Under the pieces are notes generated by a model that saw only the letters and a program-made list of their open reading frames with translations, searched no databases and was not told the origin of the DNA. A program made the position numbers and the translations under genes. DNA of 64,000 nucleotides from NCBI GenBank assembly GCA_948684385.1, contig CAPQCU010000001.1:244545-308544 (forward strand), given 5' to 3'. This DNA is from an uncultured bacterium (GTDB taxonomy: Bacteria > Cyanobacteriota > Vampirovibrionia > Gastranaerophilales > Gastranaerophilaceae). Below, piece after piece: positions 1-11,542 of this stretch (position 1 is the first letter of the stretch; each line of letters starts with the position of its first letter).

Positions 1-237
1 CTTTTGAACGCTTTCAAAACATTCTTTAATCAAATCCGGAGCGTTTTCTTTACCCTGATGCCAGTATTGAAATATGATTTGTTCGTCTTCTTCAACGGGT
101 TCTTTAGAAATGTTATTACAAATATATTGTTCAAGATGTTTCTTTGCCCAGCGTGCTTTTAATATCGACCTTTTTTTGCGGTCAAAAACAAAAAGCTCTA
201 TTAAAATTTTAAAGATATCGTTTGTTAGTTTATTCAT
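1..237 (-). CDS. partial CDS (N-terminus only, runs off the window start): polysaccharide-synthesis sugar-transferase-like protein
   Basis: Not in the ORF track because there is no stop in the window. ATG at 235-237 overlaps the stop of the upstream GT8 gene (ATGA). Hand translation: MNKLTNDIFKILIELFVFDRKKRSILKARWAKKHLEQYICNNISKEPVEEDEQIIFQYWHQGKENAPDLIKECFESVQK. The FQYWHQG..P.L motif resembles capsular-polysaccharide-synthesis transferases. Confidence 0.5.
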   Translation of the reverse strand, partial: MNKLTNDIFKILIELFVFDRKKRSILKARWAKKHLEQYICNNISKEPVEEDEQIIFQYWHQGKENAPDLIKECFESVQK

Positions 238-1127
238 ACTTTGCTAAACAATCTCTTTCTCATATCTCTAAACGTAAATCTTTTCAAAGATTTTGGCAGT
301 TTATCCAAACAATCCTGATAATCTTCCGGAATATGTTTTCGCCTCCATGGCTTACCCGGCTTTCCTGCGTAATGAAGCATTACAACATTTCTTGTCTCTT
401 TTCTTAACTCTTTTTCTGAGTAAACGTGTTTTAGAAAATTAAACTCATAAGATTTTGACCAGTCATCGTGATAAAACATGCTCTGAAAAACTCCGTACCT
501 GAAAGGAAGCTCGTAAATCTTATCACAGGTAATATTTAAAGCATCTACATCAAAGAATTTCAGCCTTGTGTTAAAAGTCCTTATTGTGTCAAAAATTCTC
601 TGAACAAAGTTTTCTTCGCGCATTTTCTTTGAGTTAAATACAATAAAACTTGAAATGAACGTAAGAGCATTTTTGTTTTCCGGAAAATACTTGTGGCAAA
701 TCATATTTTCGTTATTCGGCTCCATTGCAACAGCAGCACACTCGTAATCTGAGATATCCAGATTATAAACGTCTGATAAATCGTCTTTAAATAAGACATC
801 TGTGTCCGCATAAATCACTTTATCATACTGAGGCAAAAGCTCCGGAATAAGCAGCCTGTAGTAAACGATTTCAGTCCAGCTTCCGCCTTTGTTAATCGGA
901 GCGCCTTTGAACCTTTCTGTAGAAATATACTCAAAAGTGATTGAATGGTTTGTACCTTCAAGCATTTTTTTGAATTCACCTGCTGTTTTATCATCGATAT
1001 CCGGATGATAAACGTAAATATCATAACTTGTGTCCGGTTTTGCCCTGTCAATAAGGCTTTTGACTGTAACAGCCGCGCCTAAAATAATTCTTTTATCAAA
1101 AGTAAAAACTACAGGAATTTTAGCCAT
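234..1127 (-). CDS. glycosyltransferase family 8-like
   Basis: 297 aa. N-terminal IPVVFTFDKRIILGAAVTVKSL, DxD in YADTDVLF, HYAGKPGKPW near the C-terminus; typical GT8 layout. Confidence 0.75.
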   Translation of the reverse strand: MAKIPVVFTFDKRIILGAAVTVKSLIDRAKPDTSYDIYVYHPDIDDKTAGEFKKMLEGTNHSITFEYISTERFKGAPINKGGSWTEIVYYRLLIPELLPQYDKVIYADTDVLFKDDLSDVYNLDISDYECAAVAMEPNNENMICHKYFPENKNALTFISSFIVFNSKKMREENFVQRIFDTIRTFNTRLKFFDVDALNITCDKIYELPFRYGVFQSMFYHDDWSKSYEFNFLKHVYSEKELRKETRNVVMLHYAGKPGKPWRRKHIPEDYQDCLDKLPKSLKRFTFRDMRKRLFSKV

Positions 1128-2193
1128 TTATAAGCTCCTTTAAATTATTAAGTGATTTTGCATAAAGCTCATCTTTATATTTTTTAAGCGCGTCTTGCAT
1201 TTTTGAGTATTCTTCCGGACTCATTTTAATGCCTTTTTCAAAAGCTTTTGAATAGTCTTTGTCTTCTGAGTATAAAATCGCATTTTCGCTGTTAAATCCG
1301 TTGAGCGGAGCAAACTCTTCAAGAATAATACAAGGCTTAACAAACCCGTAAACCAGCTGGAAAGTACCGCTTGTGCCGGTTGTATTGTATCTTAAGTGCT
1401 GCTCGTTTCCTTTGCTATATGAAGTCAGGATAAAATCAGCTTTTTCGATTTCATTATACATTTTGTCAAATGGAAGCCTGCCTTTGATGTCAAAATATTG
1501 CTGAAGTTCTTTCGGAAGTTTTTTGACGTGACCTTTTCCGACAACTGTAATTTTGAAATTGCGAATACCTTTTTCGTGAAGCTCTTTTGCTGCGTTAATG
1601 ATTAGCTCGTTGTTGTTTCTTTTTCCCTGAATAGCACCGATTGTAATAAAGTTTACGACATCTTCATTTTTTGGCGTAATTTCGATTTCTCCAAAATAAT
1701 GCGGGTTAACAACTACAGATTTTACACCTTTGTAATTCAGCTCACGCAGAGTGATTAAGCTTTCCCTCCAGCTTCCGTTATCAGCAGCGTTTTTGCAGTC
1801 GTGTGAAACAAAGAAAAGTTTTTTGCGGTCAACTTTCGGATTAAAATGTTCAAAACATTCATCAAAATGAATTTCGTCACAAAGCTTACCGGAAGTTGTA
1901 ACAAGGACTCCTTTTACATCTGATAAATCAGAGTTTAAAATAAACTTTTTGATATCTTTTTGGCTAAGTTTATTCAAAGAAATATTTTCATCTTTATATC
2001 TTGAAAACAATCCTTCTTTGTATCTTTCCGGAGTAAGTAAAACAGAAACATGATATCCTAAATCTCTTAAATATTTAGCGTATCCGGGGATAACTTCGCT
2101 GTGCGATTTGCTGCACGGTTCCCACAAAAGAAAGGTATTTTCTTTTATGACCGGCTTTTTCTGTCCGAAAAACTTACTAAAAATATTCTCCAC
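1120..2193 (-). CDS. GT-B fold glycosyltransferase (GT4-like)
   Basis: 357 aa. C-terminal Rossmann half (FITIGAIQGKRNN, KITVVGKG). 8-nt overlap with the downstream GT8 gene suggests an operon. Confidence 0.55.
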   Translation of the reverse strand: MENIFSKFFGQKKPVIKENTFLLWEPCSKSHSEVIPGYAKYLRDLGYHVSVLLTPERYKEGLFSRYKDENISLNKLSQKDIKKFILNSDLSDVKGVLVTTSGKLCDEIHFDECFEHFNPKVDRKKLFFVSHDCKNAADNGSWRESLITLRELNYKGVKSVVVNPHYFGEIEITPKNEDVVNFITIGAIQGKRNNNELIINAAKELHEKGIRNFKITVVGKGHVKKLPKELQQYFDIKGRLPFDKMYNEIEKADFILTSYSKGNEQHLRYNTTGTSGTFQLVYGFVKPCIILEEFAPLNGFNSENAILYSEDKDYSKAFEKGIKMSPEEYSKMQDALKKYKDELYAKSLNNLKELING

Positions 2194-2349
2194 ACGACTC
2201 TCCTATTCTAATTTAATACTACTACTTAAAGCCCGTAAATCAATAGACAAAAATAATAAAATATATTAAAATATATTTGTAGGGCTTAGCACATACGCTA
2301 CTTCGTCATACACAATTTATGAAGAAATTGGACGAAAGGAGGGTTGGCT

Positions 2350-2424
2350 ATGACAAGGCTTATAATAAAAATCGCCATCACGGCAATGATAGCGATTTTT
2401 CAAATTATTTTAATCTTGTTGTAG
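2350..2424 (+). CDS. 24-aa hydrophobic micropeptide (MTRLIIKIAITAMIAIFQIILILL)
   Basis: Not in the ORF track (too short). Strong RBS GAAAGGAGGG 6-7 nt upstream of the ATG. Immediately followed by a long hairpin and T-run. Lies on the opposite strand to both flanking genes. Confidence 0.4.
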   Translation: MTRLIIKIAITAMIAIFQIILILL

Positions 2425-2483
2425 GGTGTGAAGCTGAACCTTTAAGCAAGCTTTAGTTTTAAAGGTTCACGCCCTACTTTTAT
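2421..2483 (+). terminator. rho-independent terminator after the micropeptide ORF
   Basis: Imperfect long hairpin GTAGGGTGTGAAGCTGAACCTTTAA...TTAAAGGTTCACGCCCTAC followed by TTTTAT. Confidence 0.6.
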
Positions 2484-2518
2484 ATTATTTACCATTTTCA
2501 GCCATTTGTCAATCGCCT

Positions 2519-4750
2519 TTACCCGCGCGTCAGCGACAACAATATTTCCTGCGGAATGTAAGTATTTTTTACTCCGGAATCAGTGTTTGCCATAAAAAAT
2601 TCAACGGTCTCACCTGCTTCTATTCCAAGCTTTTCAAACGGAATACAGATGTCAATTACATCTTTGTAAACAATTTTAATTTCTTCCGGATTATCAAGTG
2701 TCCACATATTCGGATGCAGAACCGCTGTAAGCCTAGGAGGATAAAGCGTGTCTTTAACCAGAGTTAAAGTAAGCTCGTGCTCAAACTTTTCGGTCAAAAT
2801 CGGATAAGGGTTATCTGTTTTACTTATAAGCCTTATGTATGCTCTGTTACCTACTCTCGAAGCGTTTCTTGTGTAAATATAAAACTGGTTAATTCTGTCT
2901 ACAAAACTTATTTCTCCAGAACCTTTGTTAACGTGGAGCCTGAAATAAATATTACTTTCATCGCACCCGAAAAGGATTTTATCAACATTCTTGTTCTCTC
3001 TAAAAACAGGACCGTCTAAAAGACTTAGTGAGCCTGCGTTATACCAGTCGTCATAACTTGAACTTAATCCGTCAATTCTTGGTGAAATCTTTCTTTTAGG
3101 ATGCCTGAACGGAACCTCTACAGATGTAATCAAAGTTTTGTCAAGATATTCCGGATATTGTCTGCCAAATATAATGTACACGTTCTTAAGCCGTTCTCTG
3201 AACATGTAATCAAAAACATAATCCTGACCGGAATTATTCGGTTCACCGTACCACCAGAACCAGTCGCTGCCTTCTGCAATTAAGATTTCGCGCTTAGCGT
3301 ATTTGATGTTCGTGTTTTTGGGGTCTTCTTTTACAAATCTTTCAAAATCGTCTTTTGTGTTTTTTAAATACGCCCACGCTTTGTTTTTTTCACTTTCACC
3401 TATCCAGTACCGGAATGTTTTGTCAATCCAGGAGCCTGAATAAATCTTTTTTAGAGTTTTTTTGTGATTGTCTTTTTGGATGTAATCACTTATTAAAACT
3501 GTTTCAAGGGTCGGGTCGTTTTCTATCATTCCGTAAATGTTTTCAAGAAAATCTTTACCGTCGTTTTGATAATTCTCCCAGCAGTTTTCGCAGTCGGAAG
3601 CGATTGTGAGCAAATGTGTTTCGTCAGGAGAGACAAGAAGCTTGTTTTGAATCATTTTAATTTTTTCAAACAAATCTCCTGCTGCCATTTTCGGGTTAAT
3701 TCCTGCGTATTCAAAGTTTATGAGATTTGGAATAGAACGGTCTCTAAAAATTACATTTATTCCGCTTGTTTCATAGTTGTAAACTTTTAAAAGATGATAA
3801 GGGTCGTTCAAGTTTCCTTTAAAATCACGTACGAAATCAAAATTAATTGAATTTGCAAGTACTCCTTCATCAGAAATTGTCCATTCAATTCCTTCTTTAG
3901 CAAGCAGGTTTAAAGTTTTTGTGCCGAGACAAAGCTCCGGCGGCCACATACCTTTCGGGCGGACACCAAAAACTTCTTCTATTCTGTCTAACGCACTTCG
4001 TATTTGTAATTTAGCATCATCAAGCATTCCAAGATTTTGCGGAAGTCCTTCGGTTGTGATTACTGATTTTGTTGAAGATTTTATATCAATCAAAATCGGC
4101 AGGATTGCGTGGTAGTAAGGACTTGTTGTAAGTTCAATTCTTCCGGTTTGGATATATTTTTTGTAAGTTGGAATAATCTCCCGTATAATTTGTTTCTGGA
4201 TATCAATTATTTCAATTCGGTCTTCTTTAGTGTATCCGGTTTGTTTTGCCCATAAATCTTTTAAGCGGGGATATCTGTCAAAGTGAGTCGGGTCAATCCA
4301 GACAAGGTTAAATAAAGCCATCAAATCGGAAATTTCCTGAGCAGAAAAATCGTTAATATCTGCAGCGTCTTTTGCGAAACGTTTCTGGTAAAGATTTTTG
4401 TAAGTTTCGCTCCTGTAAATCATTGTTTCAAACTTAGAGCTGAAAAAATTGTTTAAGATAAACGCTTTTTCTTCATCCGTAAGAGTTTCGGAGTCAGATA
4501 CAGTAAGTTCCGAATGAATATCGTGATATCCGTTTTCTGTGTAATCAAGAATTGAGTCAAGAAGCGCCGGAACGAGGTTGAAGTTTAGCTTAAGTTTCGG
4601 AAACTTTTCAAGAATAAGAACCATATCGAGGTAATCTTTGACTGCGTGAAGCCTTACCCACGGCATTAAATATGTTCCTTCGAGTTCGTAAACCGGTTGG
4701 TGCATATGCCAGTAAACAGCAAGAGAAAGTTTCTTCACACGCGTATTCAT
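2519..4750 (-). CDS. glycoside hydrolase family 57 (alpha-amylase/amylopullulanase-like)
   Basis: N-terminal LAVYWHMHQPVY plus a long GH57-like body. Start moved to MNTRVKK (4750) because the longer ORF-track start runs into the tRNA terminator hairpin. Confidence 0.8.
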   Translation of the reverse strand: MNTRVKKLSLAVYWHMHQPVYELEGTYLMPWVRLHAVKDYLDMVLILEKFPKLKLNFNLVPALLDSILDYTENGYHDIHSELTVSDSETLTDEEKAFILNNFFSSKFETMIYRSETYKNLYQKRFAKDAADINDFSAQEISDLMALFNLVWIDPTHFDRYPRLKDLWAKQTGYTKEDRIEIIDIQKQIIREIIPTYKKYIQTGRIELTTSPYYHAILPILIDIKSSTKSVITTEGLPQNLGMLDDAKLQIRSALDRIEEVFGVRPKGMWPPELCLGTKTLNLLAKEGIEWTISDEGVLANSINFDFVRDFKGNLNDPYHLLKVYNYETSGINVIFRDRSIPNLINFEYAGINPKMAAGDLFEKIKMIQNKLLVSPDETHLLTIASDCENCWENYQNDGKDFLENIYGMIENDPTLETVLISDYIQKDNHKKTLKKIYSGSWIDKTFRYWIGESEKNKAWAYLKNTKDDFERFVKEDPKNTNIKYAKREILIAEGSDWFWWYGEPNNSGQDYVFDYMFRERLKNVYIIFGRQYPEYLDKTLITSVEVPFRHPKRKISPRIDGLSSSYDDWYNAGSLSLLDGPVFRENKNVDKILFGCDESNIYFRLHVNKGSGEISFVDRINQFYIYTRNASRVGNRAYIRLISKTDNPYPILTEKFEHELTLTLVKDTLYPPRLTAVLHPNMWTLDNPEEIKIVYKDVIDICIPFEKLGIEAGETVEFFMANTDSGVKNTYIPQEILLSLTRG

Positions 4751-4792
4751 AACAGAGATTATAGCCTGAAAAATGAGTTTTTTCAAGGCAAA

Positions 4793-4821
4793 TAAAAAGA
4801 GGCACAAAGTGCCTCTTTTTA
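4793..4821 (-). terminator. hairpin terminator downstream of tRNA-Leu
   Basis: AAAAAGAGGCAC-AAA-GTGCCTCTTTTT, symmetric with A/T runs on both sides. Confidence 0.6.
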
Positions 4822-4823
4822 TT

Positions 4824-4907
4824 TGCCGATGGCCGGGGTCGAACCGGCACGTAGTTGCCTACACCAGATTTTGAGTCTGGCACGTCTACCAATTCCATCA
4901 CATCGGC
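4824..4907 (-). tRNA. tRNA-Leu (anticodon CAA), type II with long variable arm
   Basis: Reverse complement: GCCGATGTGATGGAATTGGTAGACGTGCCAGACTCAAAATCTGGTGTAGGCAACTACGTGCCGGTTCGACCCCGGCCATCGGCA. It has a 7-bp acceptor stem, a CTCAAAA anticodon loop and a GGTTCGA T-loop. Confidence 0.9.
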
Positions 4908-4959
4908 TTACGCTAAGTTTCATTAAATCAGAAACAAAATTAAATATCAAGCCTGTTAG

Positions 4960-5259
4960 CTAGCGCGGAATTACGTAGCCCCAGATTGGTTTACAATTTT
5001 CATCATACAAAGTTATATAAGTTACTCTGATTTTTTTGCATCTGCGTTTTTTCATGTAACCGTTTCCGTAAACGATTGAAGACACGTAAACATCACCGAT
5101 TTTTTGCTCGTACTTGTCGATAAACTCGGCTTTAGAAACAATTTTTACCGGACACTCACATTCATTTGTGTATTTTTCTGTTAAGTATTTGGAACATTCA
5201 CTTGCGTTTGCCGGAAGCAAAAATAAGCTAAATAATAATATTAAAAACAATCTCTTCAT
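4960..5259 (-). CDS. small secreted Cys-rich protein, unknown function
   Basis: 99 aa. Signal peptide MKRLFLILLFSLFLLPANA. Confidence 0.55.
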   Translation of the reverse strand: MKRLFLILLFSLFLLPANASECSKYLTEKYTNECECPVKIVSKAEFIDKYEQKIGDVYVSSIVYGNGYMKKRRCKKIRVTYITLYDENCKPIWGYVIPR

Positions 5260-5350
5260 ATTTAAATAATATCATAAATATTTTCATGCTAGAATATCTT
5301 TTAGTACAGTTTCTTTCGAGGGTTGTCGATTGAAGCGGAAAGGAAAAAAT

Positions 5351-7123
5351 ATGGAAAAGAACAACGAGAATTTGCATGTACTCAGACATTCATGCTCACA
5401 CATCATGGCACAAGCTGTACAAAAGCTGTTCCCACAGGCAAAGTTAGCTATCGGGCCGGCTACAGCGGACGGTTTTTACTATGATTTCGATTTAACCGAC
5501 GGTTATGCTTTTACTGCAGACGACTTGGTTAAAATCGAAGAAGAAATGAAAAACATCATCAAACAAAATCTGACTTTCGAAAAATATGAAGTTGAAGATG
5601 TTGATGCAAAAATCGCTGAATTCAAATCAGAAGGCGAAATTTACAAAGCAGAATTATTGGAAGAACACAGAAACGACAAACCGACTTTGTATTTAACCAA
5701 AGACAAAGACGGAAATGTTCTGTTTAACGACCTTTGTGCAGGTCCTCACATTCCAAACACATCATATATTAAAGGCAATGCAATCAAACTTCTTAAAGTT
5801 GCAGGTGCTTACTGGCGCGGTAACGAAAAGAACAAAATGCTACAGAGAATTTACGCAACAGCATACTGGAACAAAGAAGATTTGCAGGCTTATTTAACAT
5901 TTATTGAAGAAGCTGAAAAACGCGACCACAGAAAATTAGGCACACAGCTTGATTTATTCTCAACAAGAGAAGAAGTCGGCGGAGGCTTGGTTTTATGGCA
6001 TCCGAACCTTGCAATCGTTAGAGAAGAAATCGAAAATTACTGGAGAAGTGAACACAGAAAACGCGGTTACGTAACTGTTCACACTCCTCAGATTGCAAAA
6101 TCAAAACTCTGGGAAATTTCTGGCCACATGGATCATTACAAAGAAAATATGTTCTTTGTTCAAAAAGATGAAGACAGTGACGAACAGTTTGTAGTAAAAC
6201 CTATGAACTGCCCGTTCCATATCATGATTTATCAGGCAAACAGATATTCTTACCGCTCATTACCTTTGAGAATGGCTGAACTTGGAACAGTTTACAGAAA
6301 AGAAAAATCAGGCGCTTTATCAGGCTTAACCCGTGTTCAAGGATTTACTCAGGATGATGCTCACATTTTCTGTACTCCTGAACAGCTGGTTGACGAAATC
6401 AACGCAATTATTGATTTTGTAGCTGATACAATGGCAATCTTCAAGATGGATTTTGAAGTAGAACTTTCAACCCGTCCTGAAAGCTATGTAGGTGAGCTTG
6501 AAAACTGGAACAGAGCAGAAGCAGGCTTGAAAGAAGCGATGGACAGACGCGGTATGAAATACGACATTAACGAAGGCGACGGCGCTTTCTACGGTCCGAA
6601 AATCGACTTTAAAGTAAAAGACGCGCTTGGAAGAACTTGGCAATGTGCTACAATCCAGCTTGACTTCAACCTCCCTGCAAGATTTGATATCAAATATCAG
6701 GACAAAGACGGCTCTATGAAAACTCCGATTATGCTTCACCGCGTAATCTTCGGTTCAATGGAACGCTTCCACGGTATTTTGATTGAACACTATGCAGGTG
6801 CTTTCCCGACATGGCTTGCTCCGACTCAGGTTGCGATTGTTCCGATTTCTAATGAAAAACACATTGATTTCGCGGAAGAAGTTTATAAGAAAATGCGCGC
6901 TGCAGGCATCAGGGTAAAACTTGATGACAGGTCAGAATCTATGAACTACAAGATTAGAGAAAGCCTTCAAGACAAGAAAATTCCTTATGTCTGCGTAATC
7001 GGTGATAAGGAAATCGAAGCGAACGCAGTTGCGATAAGAAAACGCGGTGTCGGTCAAATCGGGGTTCAGCCGGTTGATGAATTTATTGAATTTATCGAAA
7101 AAGAAATTGCAGATAGAGCGTAA
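5351..7123 (+). CDS. thrS: threonine--tRNA ligase (no N-terminal TGS domain)
   Basis: HSCSHIMAQA editing-domain motif, class II core motifs (RVQGFTQDDAHIF, GAFYGPKID, HRVIFGSMERF) and a C-terminal anticodon-binding domain. Start set at the ATG after the AAAGGAAAAAAT RBS. Confidence 0.95.
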   Translation: MEKNNENLHVLRHSCSHIMAQAVQKLFPQAKLAIGPATADGFYYDFDLTDGYAFTADDLVKIEEEMKNIIKQNLTFEKYEVEDVDAKIAEFKSEGEIYKAELLEEHRNDKPTLYLTKDKDGNVLFNDLCAGPHIPNTSYIKGNAIKLLKVAGAYWRGNEKNKMLQRIYATAYWNKEDLQAYLTFIEEAEKRDHRKLGTQLDLFSTREEVGGGLVLWHPNLAIVREEIENYWRSEHRKRGYVTVHTPQIAKSKLWEISGHMDHYKENMFFVQKDEDSDEQFVVKPMNCPFHIMIYQANRYSYRSLPLRMAELGTVYRKEKSGALSGLTRVQGFTQDDAHIFCTPEQLVDEINAIIDFVADTMAIFKMDFEVELSTRPESYVGELENWNRAEAGLKEAMDRRGMKYDINEGDGAFYGPKIDFKVKDALGRTWQCATIQLDFNLPARFDIKYQDKDGSMKTPIMLHRVIFGSMERFHGILIEHYAGAFPTWLAPTQVAIVPISNEKHIDFAEEVYKKMRAAGIRVKLDDRSESMNYKIRESLQDKKIPYVCVIGDKEIEANAVAIRKRGVGQIGVQPVDEFIEFIEKEIADRA

Positions 7124-7135
7124 ATACAAAAAGAA

Positions 7136-7163
7136 AAAAGAGGTGTTTAACACCTCTTTTTTT
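7136..7163 (+). terminator. rho-independent terminator of thrS
   Basis: AAAAGAGGTG-TTTAA-CACCTCTTTT followed by TTT. Confidence 0.8.
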
Positions 7164-7201
7164 ACAGGCAATTTTTTATAATAAAACTACTTTATATAAT
7201 T

Positions 7202-9329
<2,128 letters not shown>

Positions 9330-9563
9330 GACCTCTCCTATTTATAAACCTATCAACTTTAATTAGAGCATAGATTGACTAAAAAGTAAACAATCACTTA
9401 TTTATTCTTTTTATTAAGTTTTGTAACGAACCTTGTTTCATGAAGGCAATTTTTGTGAAAAGAAAAACTTCATGTATATAAGTAGGGGTAAATGACCCCG
9501 AATTTAAATAAGGTTACACATTCATAGGGAAAATTGTAAGATTAATAGGAAAGGCGGCTAATT

Positions 9564-10811
9564 ATGGCTCCAGGTTATGGTATTTCAGGAATAGGTTACG
9601 GAAATGATCCGGCATTTTTGTACGCATTAAACGCATACAATCCGAATTTTATGGGAGTGCAAACTGCTCCTCAGGTTCCTCAGGTTCAACAGACCGCTCC
9701 GGTGAGTGAACCAACTTCTGTTGACCCGACTTTTAAAGGAAGCAAAAAAGAAGATGACGGAATTGGAGCCGGTACAGCGCTTGCTGTTGCAGGCGGTGCA
9801 GCTGCTTTGATATATTCTGCTTATAAAGGCAAAGGTAATCCGATTGAAGGAGCTAAACAAATCTGGAACAGCTTGAAATCAAAAGGTAGCAAAGTTGCAG
9901 AAGAAGTTGCAGCAAAAACTAAATCAACTTCAAAACCAAAAGCGGTGGAAGGTTTGAAAGAACTAAAAGTGGTAATGAAGGGTGGAAAACCTGTTTATTA
10001 TGTACCTGGTAAGACTACTACTACATCTGACTCCACTCAAATTGCTAATTTATTAAGATCTAATAAAGAATTGAAACAATTAACCGGTCTAAGATTTACA
10101 ACTGGTGAAACTACTATTAAGAATGCAACATTTACTTTAAAAGATGGTGGCAATACAAATGTGATAGAATTTGTTGGAGATAAAATAGCAAAAATTACTA
10201 ATGGTTCTGGCAGTGATATTACACATTTATTTGTTCAAAATGGAAAAATAAGAACTGATTTGAATATTGCAGATACAACATTTGCTTCAAGAATTGAAGA
10301 ATGTATTGCGAAAATCAAAGGCAGCGATGCTAAATTTATTTTAGATAGTGAAAATGCGGTATCAAATATTACTTATGCTACGAAAATAGGTGATAATGTA
10401 GCTGAAGTATTTAGAAAAGGAATTAGCACAAAAATTCACGGTCAACCACAAATTAATAAATTAACGACATTGAAAGAATGTACAGCTAATTCAAATGAAG
10501 TTTTAGCTTATGTAAGAAAATCAAAAGACAGTGGTCATGATATTAGTGCAATTATTGGAAAAGATATCAAATCTAAAAAATTACCTGAAGGTTATAAAGT
10601 AGGTGAATTTGATATTGTAGATGGTAGAAACTTAATACATATTGTAGATGGTAAGCCTGTAAGTATTACTACGGGCAGTAAAAAATATGCTTCCGGTACT
10701 GATGACTTTCTGGCATTTATGGAACGATATGAAAGTGCGATTAATACAAAGATTAAAAATGCTCTTAAAGATAAGAAAATTCCAGATGGAGCAACAATTG
10801 TTCCGGTATAA
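9564..10811 (+). CDS. hypothetical membrane-anchored protein
   Basis: 415 aa. One predicted TM segment (GIGAGTALAVAGGAAALIYSAY) after a Q/P-rich N-terminus. No family recognised. Confidence 0.55.
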   Translation: MAPGYGISGIGYGNDPAFLYALNAYNPNFMGVQTAPQVPQVQQTAPVSEPTSVDPTFKGSKKEDDGIGAGTALAVAGGAAALIYSAYKGKGNPIEGAKQIWNSLKSKGSKVAEEVAAKTKSTSKPKAVEGLKELKVVMKGGKPVYYVPGKTTTTSDSTQIANLLRSNKELKQLTGLRFTTGETTIKNATFTLKDGGNTNVIEFVGDKIAKITNGSGSDITHLFVQNGKIRTDLNIADTTFASRIEECIAKIKGSDAKFILDSENAVSNITYATKIGDNVAEVFRKGISTKIHGQPQINKLTTLKECTANSNEVLAYVRKSKDSGHDISAIIGKDIKSKKLPEGYKVGEFDIVDGRNLIHIVDGKPVSITTGSKKYASGTDDFLAFMERYESAINTKIKNALKDKKIPDGATIVPV

Positions 10812-10816
10812 CAAAT

Positions 10817-10843
10817 CGCCCCTGATTAACAGGGGCGTTTTTT
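10817..10843 (+). terminator. rho-independent terminator
   Basis: CGCCCCTG-ATTAA-CAGGGGCG followed by TTTTTT. Confidence 0.85.
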
Positions 10844-10859
10844 ATGCTAAAATTTTTCT

Positions 10860-11498
10860 ATGAAAAAGATTTTGCTTTCACTCCTTGATTTAATTTACAG
10901 GAAGAAATGTTATTTCTGTTCGTCTTCAAAATCCGCTTTAAAGATGTGCCCGAAATGTTTTGAGTCAATGACTTTCTCTTCGAAAACTGCAAACAGAATA
11001 ATTGATAGAGTTAATATTTTTTCCTGCGGGGTTTATGAAAAGACTTTACAGAAGCTTATCAGAGGGCTTAAGTATCACAAGCAGAAAGAGCTTGCGTTTT
11101 ATTTAGCAAAATTTATGTACGAATACTGGAAGGAGCTTGGAGACAAACGTGATTTTCAGGTAGTTCCGACTCCGATGCACCCAAACCGCGTTAAGAAACG
11201 CAAATACAACCACATGAATCTTGTTGTGGAAGAGTTTTGCAAGCTTTCCGGATATACTCCGAATTACGATTTGATAAGAAGAGTCAAAGACACAAAACCG
11301 CAGTACAAGCTTACAAGAGCGCAGAGGCTTATTAATCTCGAAAACGCGTTTGAAGTTGATAAGTCAAAAGATTTAAGAAAACCGGTCTTAATTCTGGATG
11401 ATATCAGTACAACAGGTGTGACTTTTGAGGAAATGATAAAATCTTTGCACAAATCAGGATTTAATGAAATTGTATGCCTTGCAGCGTCTTCACCATAA
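10860..11498 (+). CDS. ComF-family phosphoribosyltransferase-like protein
   Basis: N-terminal Cys4 finger (CYFCSS...CPKCF) and C-terminal PRTase motif VLILDDISTTGVT. Confidence 0.8.
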   Translation: MKKILLSLLDLIYRKKCYFCSSSKSALKMCPKCFESMTFSSKTANRIIDRVNIFSCGVYEKTLQKLIRGLKYHKQKELAFYLAKFMYEYWKELGDKRDFQVVPTPMHPNRVKKRKYNHMNLVVEEFCKLSGYTPNYDLIRRVKDTKPQYKLTRAQRLINLENAFEVDKSKDLRKPVLILDDISTTGVTFEEMIKSLHKSGFNEIVCLAASSP

Positions 11499-11542
11499 AT
11501 GAATTTTTTATGGTACAATTTTTAAAAAAGAGGGATAAGAGA

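Noticed and set aside
4608-4901. 97-aa minus-strand ORF overlapping tRNA-Leu
   Set aside because: It reads through the tRNA gene and its terminator and overlaps the GH57 start region, so it is not a plausible gene.
5260-5350. T-box leaders upstream of thrS (and of metG at 11499-11542)
   Set aside because: The leaders are only about 90 nt and 45 nt long, too short for a T-box, and they lack the specifier and T-box sequence elements.
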